Below the pieces are notes generated by a model. That model did no database searches. It was not told the DNA's origin and saw only the letters and a list, made by a program, of their open reading frames with translations. Made by a program: the position numbers and the translations under genes. From the human T2T-CHM13v2.0 reference genome, Homo sapiens, in NCBI RefSeq assembly GCF_009914755.1, contig NC_060942.1: DNA of 64,000 bases. The stretch is one strand, 5' to 3'. This document shows positions 26,801 to 41,186 of the stretch, piece after piece (the first letter of the stretch is position 1; every line of letters starts with the position of its first letter).

Positions 26801-29800
26801 TGTGTGTCCTCAACTAAAGGAGTAGAACCTTTCTATTCGTAGAGAAGTTTTGAAATGCTCTTTTTGTGGAATCTCCAAGTGGATATTTGGCTAGTTTTGA
26901 GGATTTCGTTGGAAGCGGGAATTCATACAAATTGCAGACTGCAGCGTTCTGAGAAACATCTTTGTGATGTTTGTATTCAGGACACAGAGATGAACATTCC
27001 CTATCATAGAGCAGGTTGGAATCACTCCTTTTGTAGTATCTGGAAGTGGACATTTGGAGCGCTTTCAGGCCTATGTTGAAAAAGGAAATATCTTCCCATA
27101 ACAACTAGACACAAGCATTCTCAGAAACTTGTTTGTGATGTGTGCCCTCTACTGACAGAGTTGAACCTTTCTTTTCATAGAGCAGTTTTGAAACACTCTT
27201 TTTGTAGAATCTGCAAGAGGATATTTGCATAGCTTTGAGGATTTCGTGGGAAACGGGATTGTCTTCAGGTAAAATCTAGACAGAAGCATGCTCAGAAACT
27301 TCTTTGGGATGTTTACATTCAAGTCACAGAGTAGAACATTCCCTTTGGTAGAGCAGGTTTGAAACCCTCTTTTTGTAGTATCTGGAAGTGGACATTTGGA
27401 GCGCTTTCTGGCCCATGTTGCAAAGGGAAATATCTTCCCGTAACAACTAGGCAGAAGCATTCTCAGAAACTTATTTGAGATGTGTGTACTCAACTAAGAG
27501 AATTGAACCACCGTTTTGAAGGAGCAGTTTTGAAACACTCTTTTTCTGGAATCTGCAAGAGTATATTTGCCTAGCCTTGAGGATTTCGTTGGAAACGGGA
27601 TTGTCTTCAGATAAAATCTAGACAGAAGCATTCTCAGAAACTTCTTTGGGATGTTTGCATTCAAGTCACAGAGTAGAACATTCCCTTTGGTAGAGCAGGT
27701 TTGAAACACTCTTTTTTTAGTATATGGAAGTGGACATTTGGAGCGCTTTCAGGCCTACGTTGGAAAAGGAAATATCTTCCCATAACAACTAGACAGAAGC
27801 ATTCTCAGAAACTAGTTTCTGATGTGTGTCCTCAACTAACACAGTTGAACTTTTCTTTAGACAGAACAGTTTTGAAACACTCTTTTTGTGGAATCTGCAA
27901 GTGGCTATTTGGCTAGATTTGAGGATTTCGTTGGAAACGGGATTACATATAAAAAGCAGACAGCAGCATTCTCAGAAAGTTCTTTGTGATGACTGCATTC
28001 AAGTCACAGAATTGAACATTCCCTTTCACAGAGCAGGTTTGAAACACTCTTTTTGTAGTGTGTGTAAGTGGACATTTGGAGCGCTTTCCGGCCTAAGGTG
28101 AAAAAGGAAATATCTTCCCATAAAAACTAGACAGAAGCATTCTCAGAAACTTACTCGTGATGTGTGTCCTCAACTAAAGGAGTAGAAGCTTTCTATTCAT
28201 GGAGAAGTTTTGAAACGCTCTTTTTGTGGAATCTCCAAGTGGATATTTGGCTAGTGTTGAGGATTTCGTTGGAAGCGGGAATTCATACAAATTGCAGACT
28301 GCAGCGTTCTGAGAAACATCTTTGTGATGTTTGTATTCAGGACACAGAGATGAACATTCCCTATCATAGAGCAGGTTGGAATCACTCCTTTTGTAGTATC
28401 TGGAAGTGGACATTTGGAGCCCTTTCAGGCCTATGTTGAAAAAGGAAATATCTTCCCATAACAACTAGACACAAGCATTCTCAGAAACTTGTTTGTGATG
28501 TGTGCCCTCTACTGACAGAGTTGAACCTTTCTTTTCATAGAGCAGTTTTGAAACACTCTTTTTGTAGAATCTGCAAGAGGATATTTGCATAGCTTTGAGG
28601 ATTTCGTGGGAAACGGGATTGTCTTCAGGTAAAATCTAGACAGAAGCATTCTCAGAAACTTCTTTGGGATGTTTGCATTCAAGTCACAGAGTAGAACATT
28701 CCCTTTGGTAGAGCAGGTTTGAAACCCTCTTTTTGTAGTATCTGGAAGTGGACATTTGGAGCGCTTTCAGGCCCATGTTGGAAAGGGAAATATCTTCCCG
28801 TAACAACTAGGCAGAAGCATTCTCAGAAACTTATTTGAGATGTGTGTACTCAACTAAGAGAATTGAACCACCGTTTTGAAGGAGCAGTTTTGAAACACTC
28901 TTTTTCTGGAATCTGCAAGAGTATATTTGCCTAGCCTTGAGGATTTCGTTGGAAACGGGATTGTCTTCAGATCAAATCTAGACAGAAGCATTCTCAGAAA
29001 CTTCTTTGGGATGTTTGCATTCAAGTCACAGAGTAGAACATTCCCTTTGGTAGAGCAGGTTTGAAACACTCTTTTTTTAGTATATGGAAGTGGACATTTG
29101 GAGCGCTTTCAGGCCTACGTTGGAAAAGGAAATATCTTCCCATAACAACTAGACAGAAGCATTCTCAGAAACTAGTTTCTGATGTGTGTCCTCAACTAAC
29201 ACAGTTGAACTTTTCTTTAGACAGAACAGTTTTGAAACACTCTTTTTGTGGAATCTGCAAGTGGATATTTGGCTAGATTTGAGGATTTCGTTGGAAACGG
29301 GATTACATATAAAAAGCAGACAGCAGCATTCTCAGAAAGTTCTTTGTGATGATTGCATTCAAGTCACAGAATTGAACATTCCCTTTCACAGAGCAGGTTT
29401 GAAACACTCTTTTTGTAGTGTGTGTAAGTGGACATTTGGAGCGCTTTCCGGCCTAAGGTGAAAAAGGAAATATCTTCCCATAAAAACTAGACAGAAGCAT
29501 TCTCAGAAACTTACTCGTGATGTGTGTCCTCAACTAAAGGAGTAGAACCTTTCTATTCGTAGAGAAGTTTTGAAATGCTCTTTTTGTGGAATCTCCAAGT
29601 GGATATTTGGCTAGTTTTGAGGATTTCGTTGGAAGCGGGAATTCATACAAATTGCAGAGTGCAGCGTTCTGAGAAACATCTTTGTGATGTTTGTATTCAG
29701 GACACAGAGAGGAACATTCCCTATCATAGAGCAGGTTGGAATCACTCCTTTTGTAGTATCTGGAAGTGGACATTTGGAGCGCTTTCAGGCCTATGTTGAA

Positions 29801-32800
29801 AAAGGAAATATCTTCCCATAACAACTAGACACAAGCATTCTCAGAAACTTGTTTGTGATGTGTGCCCTCTACTGACAGAGTTGAACCTTTCTTTTCATAG
29901 AGCAGTTTTGAAACACTCTTTTTGTAGAATCTGCAAGAGGATATTTGCATAGCTTTGAGGATTTCGTGGGAAACGGGATTGTCTTCAGGTAAAATCTAGA
30001 CAGAAGCATTCTCAGAAACTTCTTTGGGATGTTTACATTCAAGTCACAGAGTAGAACATTCCCTTTGGTAGAGCAGGTTTGAAACCCTCTTTTTGTAGTA
30101 TCTGGAAGTGGACATTTGGAGCGCTTTCTGGCCCATGTTGCAAAGGGAAATATCTTCCCGTAACAACTAGGCAGAAGCATTCTCAGAAACTTATTTGAGA
30201 TGTGTGTACTCAACTAAGAGAATTGAACCACCGTTTTGAAGGAGCAGTTTTGAAACACTCTTTTTCTGGAATCTGCAAGAGGATATTTGCCTAGCCTTGA
30301 GGATTTCGTTGGAAACGGGATTGTCTTCAGATCAAATCTAGACAGAAGCATTCTCAGAAACTTCTTTGGGATGTTTGCATTCAAGTCACAGAGTAGAACA
30401 TTCCCTTTGGTAGAGCAGGTTTGAAACACTCTTTTTTTAGTATATGGAAGTGGACATTTGGAGCGCTTTCAGGCCTACGTTGGAAAAGGAAATATCTTCC
30501 CATAACAACTAGACAGAAGCATTCTCAGAAACTAGTTTCTGATGTGTGTCCTCAACTAACACAGTTGAACTTTTCTTTAGACAGAACAGTTTTGAAACAC
30601 TCTTTTTGTGGAATCTGCAAGTGGCTATTTGGCTAGATTTGAGGATTTCGTTGGAAACGGGATTACATATAAAAAGCAGACAGCAGCATTCTCAGAAAGT
30701 TCTTTGTGATGACTGCATTCAAGTCACAGAATTGAACATTCCCTTTCACAGAGCAGGTTTGAAACCCTCTTTTTGTAGTGTGTGTAAGTGGACATTTGGA
30801 GCGCTTTCCGGCCTAAGGTGAAAAAGGAAATATCTTCCCATAAAAACTAGACAGAAGCATTCTCAGAAACTTACTCGTGATGTGTGTCCTCAACTAAAGG
30901 AGTAGAACCTTTCTATTCATAGAGAAGTTTTCAAACGCTCTTTTTGTGGAATCTCCAAGTGGATATTTGGCTAGTTTTGAGGATTTCGTTGGAAGCGGGA
31001 ATTCATACAAATTGCAGACTGCAGCGTTCTGAGAAACATCTTTGTGATGTTTGTATTCAGGACACAGAGATGAACATTCCCTATCAGAGCAGGTTGGAAT
31101 CACTCCTTTTGTAGTATCTGGAAGTGGACATTTGGAGCGCTTTCAGGCCTATGTTGAAAAAGGAAATATCTTCCCATAACAACTAGACACAAGCATTCTC
31201 AGAAACTTGTTTGTGATGTGTACCCTGTACTGACAGAGTTGAACCTTTCTTTTCATAGAGCAGTTTTGAAACATTCTTTTTGTAGAATCTGCAAGAGGAT
31301 ATTTGCATAGCTTTGAGGATTTCGTGGGAAACGGGATTGTCTTCAGGTAAAATCTAGACAGAAGCATTCTCAGAAACTTCTTTGGGATGTTTGCATTCAA
31401 GTCACAGAGTAGAACATTCCCTTTGGTAGAGCAGGTTTGAAACACTCTTTTTGTAGTATCTGGAAGTGGACATTTGGAGCGCTTTCAGGCCCATGTTGGA
31501 AAGGGAAATATCTTCCCGTAACAACTAGGCAGAAGCATTCTCTGAAACTTTTCTGAGATGTGTGTACTCAACTAAGAGAATTGAACCACCGTTTTGAAGG
31601 AGCAGTTTTGAAACACTCTTTTTCTGGAATCTGCTAGAGGATATTTGCCTAGCTTTGAGGATTTCGTTGGAAACCGGATTGTCTTCAGATAAAATCTAGA
31701 CAGAAGCATTCTCAGAAACTTCTTTGGGATGTTTGTATTCAAGTCACAGAGTAGAACATTCCCTTTGGTAGAGCAGGTTTGAAACACTCTTTTTTTAGTA
31801 TATGGAAATGGACATTTGGAGCGCTTTCAGGCCTACGTTGGAAAAGGAAATATCTTCCCATAACAACTAGACAGAAGCATTCTCAGAAACTAGTTTCTGA
31901 TGTGTGTCCTCAACTAACACAGTTGAACTTTTCTTTAGACAGAACAGTTTTGAAACACTCTTTTTGTGGAATCTGCAAGTGGCTATTTGGCTAGATTTGA
32001 GGATTTCGTTGGAAACGGGATTACATATAAAAAGCAGACAGCAGCATTCTCAGAAAGTTCTTTGTGATGACTGCATTCAAGTCACAGAATTGAACATTCC
32101 CTTTCACAGAGCAGGTTTGAAACACTCTTTTTGTAGTGTGTGTAAGTGGACATTTGGAGCGCTTTCCGGCCTAAGGTGAAAAAGGAAATATCTTCCCATA
32201 AAAACTAGACAGAAGCATTCTCAGAAACTTACTCGTGATGTGTGTCCTCAACTAAAGGAGTAGAACCTTTCTATTCATAGAGAAGTTTTCAAACGCTCTT
32301 TTTGTGGAATCTCCAAGTGGATATTTGGCTAGTTTTGAGGATTTCGTTGGAAGCGGGAATTCATACAAATTGCAGACTGCAGCGTTATGAGAAACATCTT
32401 TGTGATGTTTGTATTCAGGACACAGAGATGAACATTCCCTATCATAGAGCAGGTTGGAATCACTCCTTTTGTAGTATGTGGAATTGGACATTTGGAGCGC
32501 TTTCAGGCCTATGTTGAAAAAGGAAATATCTTCCCATAACAACTAGACACAAGCATTCTCAGAAACTTGTTTGTGATGTGTGCCCTCTAATGACAGAGTT
32601 GAACCTTTCTTTTCATAGAGCAGTTTTGAAACACTCTTTTTGTAGAATCTGCAAGAGGATATTTGCATAGCTTTGAGGATTTCGTGGGAAACGGGATTGT
32701 CTTCAGGTAAAATCTAGACAGAAGCATTCTCAGAAACTTCTTTGGGATGTTTGCATTCAAGTCACAGAGTAGAACATTCCCTTTGGTAGAGCAGGTTTGA

Positions 32801-33363
32801 AACCCTCTTTTTGTAGTATCTGGAAGTGGACATTTGGAGCGCTTTCAGGCCCATGTTGGAAAGGGAAATATCTTCCCGTAACAACTAGGCAGAAGCATTC
32901 TCAGAAACTTATTTGAGATGTGTGTACTCAACTAAGAGAATTGAACCACCGTTTTGAAGGAGCAGTTTTGAAACACTCTTTTTCTGGAATCTGCAAGAGT
33001 ATATTTGCCTAGCCTTGAGGAATTCGTTGGAAACGGGATTGTCTTCAGATAAAATCTAGACAGAAGCATTCTCAGAAACTTCTTTGGGATGTTTGCATTC
33101 AAGTCACAGAGTAGAACATTCCCTTTGGTAGAGCATGTTTGAAACACTCTTTTTTTAGTATATGGAAGTGGACATTTGGAGCGCTTTCAGGCCTACGTTC
33201 GAAAAGGAAATATCTTCCCATAACAACTAGACAGAAGCATTCTCAGAAACTAGTTTCTGATGTGTGTCCTCAACTAACACAGTTGAACTTTTCTTTAGAC
33301 AGAACAGTTTGGAAACACTCTTTTTGTGGAATCTGCAAGTGGATATTTGGCTAGATTTGAGGA
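8890..33363 (+). repeat. Eighteen consecutive 8-mer HOR units
   Basis: A boxes at 8890, 10250, 11610, 12970, 14328, 15688, 17048, 18406, 19766 ... 30646, 32004, 33364. Three units are 1358 bp because of a shared 2-bp deletion (CTATCAGAGC vs CTATCATAGAGC) near 13409, 17487 and 31085. Confidence 0.96.
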
Positions 33364-36300
33364 TTTCGTTGGAAACGGGATTACATATAAAAAGCAGACT
33401 GCAGCATTCTCAGAAAGTTCTTTGTGATGATTGCATTCAAGTCACAGAATTGAACATTCGCTTTCACAGAGGAGGTTTGAAACACTCTTTTTGTAGTGTG
33501 TGTAAGTGGACATTTGGAGCGCTTTCCGGCCTAAGGTGAAAAAGGAAATATCTTCCCATAAAAACTAGACAGAAGCATTCTCAGAAACTTACTCGTGATG
33601 TGTGTCCTCAACTAAAGGAGTAGAACCTTTCTATTCATAGAGAAGTTTTGAAACGCTCTTTTTGTGGAATCTCCAAGTGGATATTTGGCTAGTTTTGAGG
33701 ATTTCGTTGGAAGCGGGAATTCATACAAATTGCAGACTGCAGCGTTATGAGAAACATCTTTGTGATGTTTGTATTCAGGACACAGAGATGAACATTCCCT
33801 ATCATAGAGCAGGTTGGAATCACTCCTTTTGTAGTATCTGGAAGTGGACATTTGGAGCGCTTTCAGGCCTATGTTGAAAAAGGAAATATCTTCCCATAAC
33901 AACTAGACACAAGCATTCTCAGAAACTTGTTTGTGATGTGTGCCCTCTACTGACAGAGTTGAACCTTTCTTTTCATAGAGCAGTTTTGAAACACTCTTTT
34001 TGTAGAATCTGCAAGAGGATATTTGCATAGCTTTGAGGATTTCGTGGGAAACGGGATTGTCTTCAGGTAAAATCTAGACAGAAGCATTCTCAGAAACTTC
34101 TTTGGGATGTTTGCATTCAAGTCACAGAGTAGAACATTCCCTTTGGTAGAGCAGGTTTGAAACACTCTTTTTGCAGTATCTGGAAGTGGACATTTGGAGA
34201 GCTTTCAGGCCTATGTTGGAAAGGGAAATATCTTCCCTTAACAACTAGGCAGAAGCATTCTCAGAAACTTATTTGAGATGTGTGTACTCAACTAAGAGAA
34301 TTGAACCACCGTTTTGAAGGACCAGTTTTGAAACACTCTTTTTCTGGAATCTGCTAGAGTATATTTGCCTAGCTTTGAGGATTTCGTTGGAAACGGGATT
34401 GTCTTCAGCTAAAATCTAGACAGAAGCATTCTCAGAAACTTCTTTGGGATGTTTCTATTCAAGTCACAGAGTAGAACATTCCCTTTGGTAGAGCAGGTTT
34501 GTAACACTCTTTTTGTAGTATCTGGAAGTGGACATTTGGAGCGCTTTCAGGCCTATGTTGGAAAGGGAAATATCTTCCCGTAACAACTAGGCAGAAGCAT
34601 TCTCAGAAACTTATTTGAGATGGGTGTACTCAACTAAGAGAATTGAACCACCCTTTTGAAGGAGCAGTTTTCAAACACTCTTTTTCTGGAATCTGCAAAA
34701 GTATATTTGCCTAGCTTTGAGGATTTCGTTGGAAACGGGATTGTCTTCAGATAAAATCTAGACAGAAGCATTCTCAGAAACTTCTTTGGGTGTTTGCATT
34801 CAATTCACAGAGTAGAACATTCCCTTTGTTAGAGCAGGTTTGAAACACTCTTTTTTTAGTATATGGAAGTGGAGATTTGGAGCGCTTTCAGGCCTACGTT
34901 GGAAAAGGAAATATCTTCCCATAACAACTAGACAGAAGCATTCTCAGAAACTAGTTTCTGATGTGTGTCCTCAACTAACACAGTTGTACATTTCTTTAGA
35001 CAGAACAGTTTTGAAACACTCTTTTTGTGGAATCTGCAAGTGGCTATTTGGCTAGATTTGAGGATTTCTTTGGAAACGGGATTACATATAAAAAGCTGAC
35101 AGCAGCATTCTCAGAAAGTTCTTTGTGATGATTGCATTCAAGTCACAGAATTGAACATTCCCTTTCACAGAGCAGGTTTGAAACACTCTTTTTGTAGTGT
35201 GTGTAAGTGGACATTTGGAGCACTTTCCGGCCTAAGGTGAAAAAGGACATATCTTCCCATAAAAACTAGACAGAAGCATTCTCAGAAACTTACTCGTGAT
35301 GTGTGTCCTCAACTAAAGGAGTAGAACCTTTCTATTCATAGAGAAGTTTTGAAACGCTCTTTTTGTGGAATCTGCAAGTGGATATTTGGCTAGTTTTGAG
35401 GATTTCGTTGGAAGCGGGAATTCATACAAATTGCAGACTGCAGCGTTCTGAGAAACATCTTTGTGATGTTTGTATTCAGGACACAGAGTTGAACATTCCC
35501 TATCATAGAGCAGGTTGGAATCACTCCTTTTGTAGTATCTGGAAGTGGACATTTGGAGCGCTTTCAGGCCTATGTGGATAAAGGAAATATCTTCCCATAA
35601 CAACTAGACACAAGCATTCTCAGAAACTTGTTTGTGATGTGTGCCCTCTACTGACAGAGTTGAACCTTTCTTTTCATAGAGCAGTTTTGAAACACTCTTT
35701 TTGTAGAATCTGCAAGAGGATATTTGCATAGCTTTGAGGATTTCGTGGGAAACGGGATTGTCTTTAGGTAAAATCTAGACAGAAGCATTCTCAGAAACTT
35801 CTTTGGGATGTTTGCATTCAAGTCACAGAGTAGAACATTCCCTTTGGTAGAGCAGGTTTGAAACCCTCTTTTTGTAGTATCTGGAAGTGGACATTTGGAG
35901 CGCTTTCTGGCCCATGTTGCAAAGGGAAATATCTTCCCGTAACAACTAGGCAGAAGCATTCTCAGAAACTTATTTGAGATGTGTGTACTCAACTAAGAGA
36001 ATTGAACCACCGTTTTGAAGGAGCAGTTTTGAAACACTCTTTTTCTGGAATCTGCAAGAGTATATTTGCCTAGCCTTGAGGATTTCGTGGGAAACGGGAT
36101 TGTCTTCAGGTAAAATCTAGACAGAAGCATTCTCAGAAACTTCTTTGGGATGTTTGCATTCAAGTCACAGAGTAGAACATTCCCTTTGGTAGAGCAGGTT
36201 TGAAACAATCTTTTTGTAGTATCTGGAAGTGGACATTTGGAGCACTTTCAGGCCCATGTTGGAAAGGGAAATATCTTCCCGTAACAACTAGGCAGAAGCA

Positions 36301-36766
36301 TTCTCTGAAACTTTTTTGAGATGTGTGTACTCAACTAAGAGAATTGAACCACCGTTTTGAAGGAGCAGTTTTGAAACACTCTTTTTCTGGAATCTGCTAG
36401 AGGATATTTGCCTAGCTTTGAGGATTTCGTTGGAAACGGGATTGTCTTCAGATAAAATCTAGACAGAAGCATTCTCAGAAACTTCTTTGGGATGTTTGTA
36501 TTCAAGTCACAGAGTAGAACATTCCCTTTGGTAGAGCAGGTTTGAAACACTCTTTTTTTAGTATATGGAAATGGACATTTGGAGCGCTTTCAGGCCTACG
36601 TTGGAAAAGGAAATATCTTCCCATAACAACTAGACAGAAGCATTCTCAGAAACTAGTTTCTGATGTGTGTCCTCAACTAACACAGTTGAACTTTTCTTTA
36701 GACAGAACAGTTTTGAAACACTCTTTTTGTGGAATCTGCAAGTGGATATTTGGCTAGATTTGAGGA
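33364..36766 (+). repeat. Two 10-mer variants (8-mer plus one extra 342-bp C/D-type dimer; 1701 and 1702 bp)
   Basis: A boxes at 33364, 35065, 36767. Each unit has three successive GGGATTGTCTT..TCTAGA dimers instead of two. Confidence 0.92.
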
Positions 36767-39486
36767 TTTCGTTGGAAACGGGATTACATATAAAAAGCAG
36801 ACAGCAGCATTCTCAGAAAGTTCTTTGTGATGATTGCATTCAAGTCACAGAATTGAACATTCCCTTTCACAGAGCAGGTTTGAAACACTCTTTTTGTAGT
36901 GTGTGTAAGTGGACATTTGGAGCACTTTCCGGCCTAAGGTGAAAAAGGAAATATCTTCCCATAAAAACTAGACAGAAGCATTCTCAGAAACTTACTCGTG
37001 ATGTGTGTCCTCAACTAAAGGAGTAGAACCTTTCTATTCATAGAGAAGGTTTGAAACGCTCTTTTTGTGGAATCTCCAAGTGGATATTTGGCTAGTTTTG
37101 AGGATTTCGTTGGATGCGGGAATTCATACAAATTGCAGACTGCAGCGTTCTGAGAAACATCTTTGTGATGTTTGTATTCAGGACACAGAGATGAACATTC
37201 CCTATCATACAGCAGGTTGAAATCACTCCTTTTGTAGTATCTGGAAGTGGACATTTGGAGCGCTTTCAGGCCTATGTTGAAAAAGGAAATATCTTCCCAT
37301 AACAACTAGACACAAGCATTCTCAGAAACTTGTTTGTGATGTGTGCCCTCTGCTGACAGAGTTGAACCTTTCTTTTCATAGAGCAGTTTTGAAACACTCT
37401 TTTTGTAGAATCTGCAAGAGGATATTTGCATAGCTTTGAGGATTTTGGGGGAAACGGGATTGTCTTCAGGTAAAATCTAGACAGAAGCATTCTCAGAAAC
37501 TTCTTTGGGATGTTTGCATTCAAGTCACAGAGTAGAACATTCCCTTTGGTAGAGCAGGTTTGAAACCCTCTTTTTGTAGTATCTGGAAGTGGACATTTGG
37601 AGCGCTTTCAGGCCCATGTTGGAAAGGGAAATATCTTCCCGTAACAACTAGGCAGAAGCATTCTCAGAAACTTATTTGAGATGTGTGTACTCAACTAAGA
37701 GAATTGAACCACCGTTTTGAAGGAGCAGTTTTGAAACACTCTTTTTCTGGAATCTGCAAGAGTATATTTGCCTAGCCTTGAAGATTTCGTTGGAAACGGG
37801 ATTGTCTTCAGATAAAATCAAGACAGAAGCATTCTCAGAAACTTCTTTGGGATGTTTGCATTCAAGTCACAGAGTAGAACATTCCCTTTGGTAGAGCAGG
37901 TTTGAAACACTCTTTTTTTAGTATATGGAAGTGGACATTTGGAGCGCTTTCAGGCCTACGTTGGAAAAGGAAATATCTTCCCATAACAACTAGACAGAAG
38001 CATTCTCAGAAACTAGTTTCTGATGTGTGTCCTCAACTAACACAGTTGAACTTTTCTTTAGACAGAACAGTTTTGAAACACTCTTTTTGTGGAATCTGCA
38101 AGTGGATATTTGGCTAGATTTGAGGATTTCGTTGGAAACGGGATTACATATAAAAAGCAGACAGCAGCATTCTCAGAAAGTTCTTTGTGATGATTGCATT
38201 CAAGTCACAGAATTGAACATTCCCTTTCACAGAGCAGGTTTGAAACACTCTTTTTGTAGTGTGTGTAAGTGGACATTTGGAGCGCTTTCCGGCCTAAGGT
38301 GAAAAAGGAAATATCTTCCCATAAAAACTAGACAGAAGCATTCTCAGAAACTTACTCGTGATGTGTGTCCTCAACTAAAGGAGTAGAACCTTTCTATTCA
38401 TAGAGAAGTTTTGAAACGCTGTTTTTGTGGAATCTCCAAGTGGATATTTGGCTAGTTTTGAGGATTTCGTTGGAAGCGGGAATTCATACAAATTGCAGAC
38501 TGCAGCGTTCTGAGAAACATCTTTGTGATGTTTGTATTCAGGACACAGTGATGAACATTCCCTATCATAGAGCAGGTTGGAATCACTCCTTTTGTAGTAT
38601 CTGGAAGTGGACATTTGGAGCGCTTTCAGGCCTATGTTGAAAAAGGAAATATCTTCCCATAACAACTAGACACAAGCATTCTCAGAAACTTGTTTGTGAT
38701 GTGTGCCCTCTACTGACAGAGTTGAACCTTTCTTTTCATAGAGCAGTTTTGAAACACTCTTTTTGTAGAATCCACAAGAGGATATTTGCATAGCTTTGAG
38801 GATTTTGGGGGAAACGGGATTGTCTTCAGGTAAAATCTAGACAGAAGCATTCTCAGAAACTTCTTTGGGATGTTTGCATTCAAGTCACAGAGTAGAACAT
38901 TCCCTTTGGTAGAGCAGGTTTGAAACCCTCTTTTTGTAGTATCTGGAAGTGGACACTTGGAGCGCTTTCAGGCCCATGTTGGAAAGGGAAATATCTTCCC
39001 GTAACAACTAGGCAGAAGCATTCTCAGAAACTTATTTGAGATGTGTGTACTCAACTAAGAGAATTGAACCACCGTTTTGAAGGAGCAGTTTTGAAACACT
39101 CTTTTTCTGGAATCTGCAAGAGTATATTTGCCTAGCCTTGAAGATTTCGTTGGAAACGGGATTGTCTTCAGATAAAATCAAGACAGAAGCATTCTCAGAA
39201 ACTTCTTTGGGATGTTTGCATTCAAGTCACAGAGTAGAACATTCCCTTTGGTAGAGCAGGTTTGAAACACTCTTTTTTTAGTATATGGAAGTGGACATTT
39301 GGAGCGCTTTCAGGCCTACGTTGGAAAAGGAAATATCTTCCCATAACAACTAGACAGAAGCATTCTCAGAAACTAGTTTCTGATGTGTATCCTCAACTAA
39401 CACAGTTGAACTTTTCTTTAGACAGAACAGTTTTGAAACACTCTTTTTGTGGAATCTGCAAGTGGATATTTGGCTAGATTTGAGGA
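36767..39486 (+). repeat. Two 8-mer HOR units with destroyed C-type CENP-B boxes
   Basis: A boxes at 36767, 38127, 39487. The C box reads TTTTGGGGGAAACGGGA at 37443 and 38803. Confidence 0.92.
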
Positions 39487-41186
39487 TTTCGTTGGAAACG
39501 GGATTACATATAAAAAGCAGACAGCAGCATTCTCAGAAAGTTCTTTGTGATGATTGCATTCAAGTCACAGAATTGAACATTCCCTTTCACAGAGCAGGTT
39601 TGAAACACTCTTTTTGTAGTGTGTGTAAGTGGACATTTGGAGCGCTTTCCGGCCTAAGGTGAAAAAGGAAATATCTTCCCATAAAAACTAGACAGAAGCA
39701 TTCTCAGAAACTTACTCGTGATGTGTGTCCTCAACTAAAGGAGTAGAACCTTTCTATTCATAGAGAAGTTTTGAAACGCTGTTTTTGTGGAATCTCCAAG
39801 TGGATATTTGGCTAGTTTTGAGGATTTCGTTGGAAGCGGGAATTCATACAAATTGCAGACTGCAGCGTTCTGAGAAACATCTTTGTGATGTTTGTATTCA
39901 GGACACAGTGATGAACATTCCCTATCATAGAGCAGGTTGGAATCACTCCTTTTGTAGTATCTGGAAGTGGACATTTGGAGCGCTTTCAGGCCTATGTTGA
40001 AAAAGGAAATATCTTCCCATAACAACTAGACACAAGCATCCTCAGAAACTTGTTTGTGATGTGTGCCCTCTACTGACAGAGTTGAACCTTTCTTTTCATA
40101 GAGCAGTTTTGAAACACTCTTTTTGTAGAATCTGCAAGAGGATATTTGCATAGCTTTGAGGATTTCGCGGGAAACGGGATTGTCTTCAGGTAAAATCTAG
40201 ACAGAAGCATTCTCAGAAACTGCTTTGGGATGTTTGCATTCAAGTCACAGAGTAGAACATTCCCTTTGGTAGAGCAGGTTTGAAACACTCTTTTTGTAGT
40301 ATCTGGAAGTGGACATTTGGAGCGCTTTCAGGCCTATGTTGGAAAGGGAAATATCTTCCCTTAACAACTAGGCAGAAGCATTCTCAGAAACTTATTTGAG
40401 ATGTGTGTACTCAACTAAGAGAATTGAACCACCGTTTTGAAGGACCAGTTTTGAAACACTCTTTTTCTGGAATCTGCTAGAGTATATTTGCCTAGCTTTG
40501 AGGATTTCGTTGGAAACGGGATTGTCTTCAGCTAAAATCTAGACAGAAGCATTCTCAGAAACTTCTTTGGGATGTTTCTATTCAATCACAGAGTAGGACA
40601 TTCCCTTTGGTTGAGCAGGTTTGAAACACTCTTTTTGTAGTATCTGGAAGTGGACATTTGGAGCGCTTTCAGGCCTATGTTGGAAAGGGAAATATTTTCC
40701 CGTAACAACTAGGCAGAAGCATTCTCAGAAACTTATTTGAGATGGGTGTACTCAACTAAGAGAATTGAACCACCCTTTTGAAGGAGCAGTTTTGAAACAC
40801 TCTTTTTCTGGAATCTGCAAGAGTATATTTGCCTAGCTTTGAGGATTTCGTTGGAAACGGGATTGTCTTCAGATAAAATCTAGACAGAAGCATTCTCAGA
40901 AACTTCTTTGGGTGTTTGCATTCAATTCACAGAGTAGAACATTCCCTTTGTTAGAGCAGGTTTGAAACACTCTTTTTTTAGTATATGGAAGTGGACATTT
41001 GGAGCGCTTTCAGGCCTACGTTGGAAAAGCAAATATCTTCCCATAACAACTAGACAGAAGCATTCTCAGAAACTGGTTTCTGATGTGTGTCCTCAACTAA
41101 CACAGTTGAACATTTCTTTAGACAGAACAGTTTTGAAACACTCTTTTTGTGGAATCTGCAAGTGGCTATTTGGCTAGATTTGAGGA
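39487..41186 (+). repeat. 10-mer variant (1700 bp; extra C/D-type dimer, two 1-bp deletions)
   Basis: A boxes at 39487 and 41187. It shares many private variants with the unit at 33364-35064. Confidence 0.9.
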
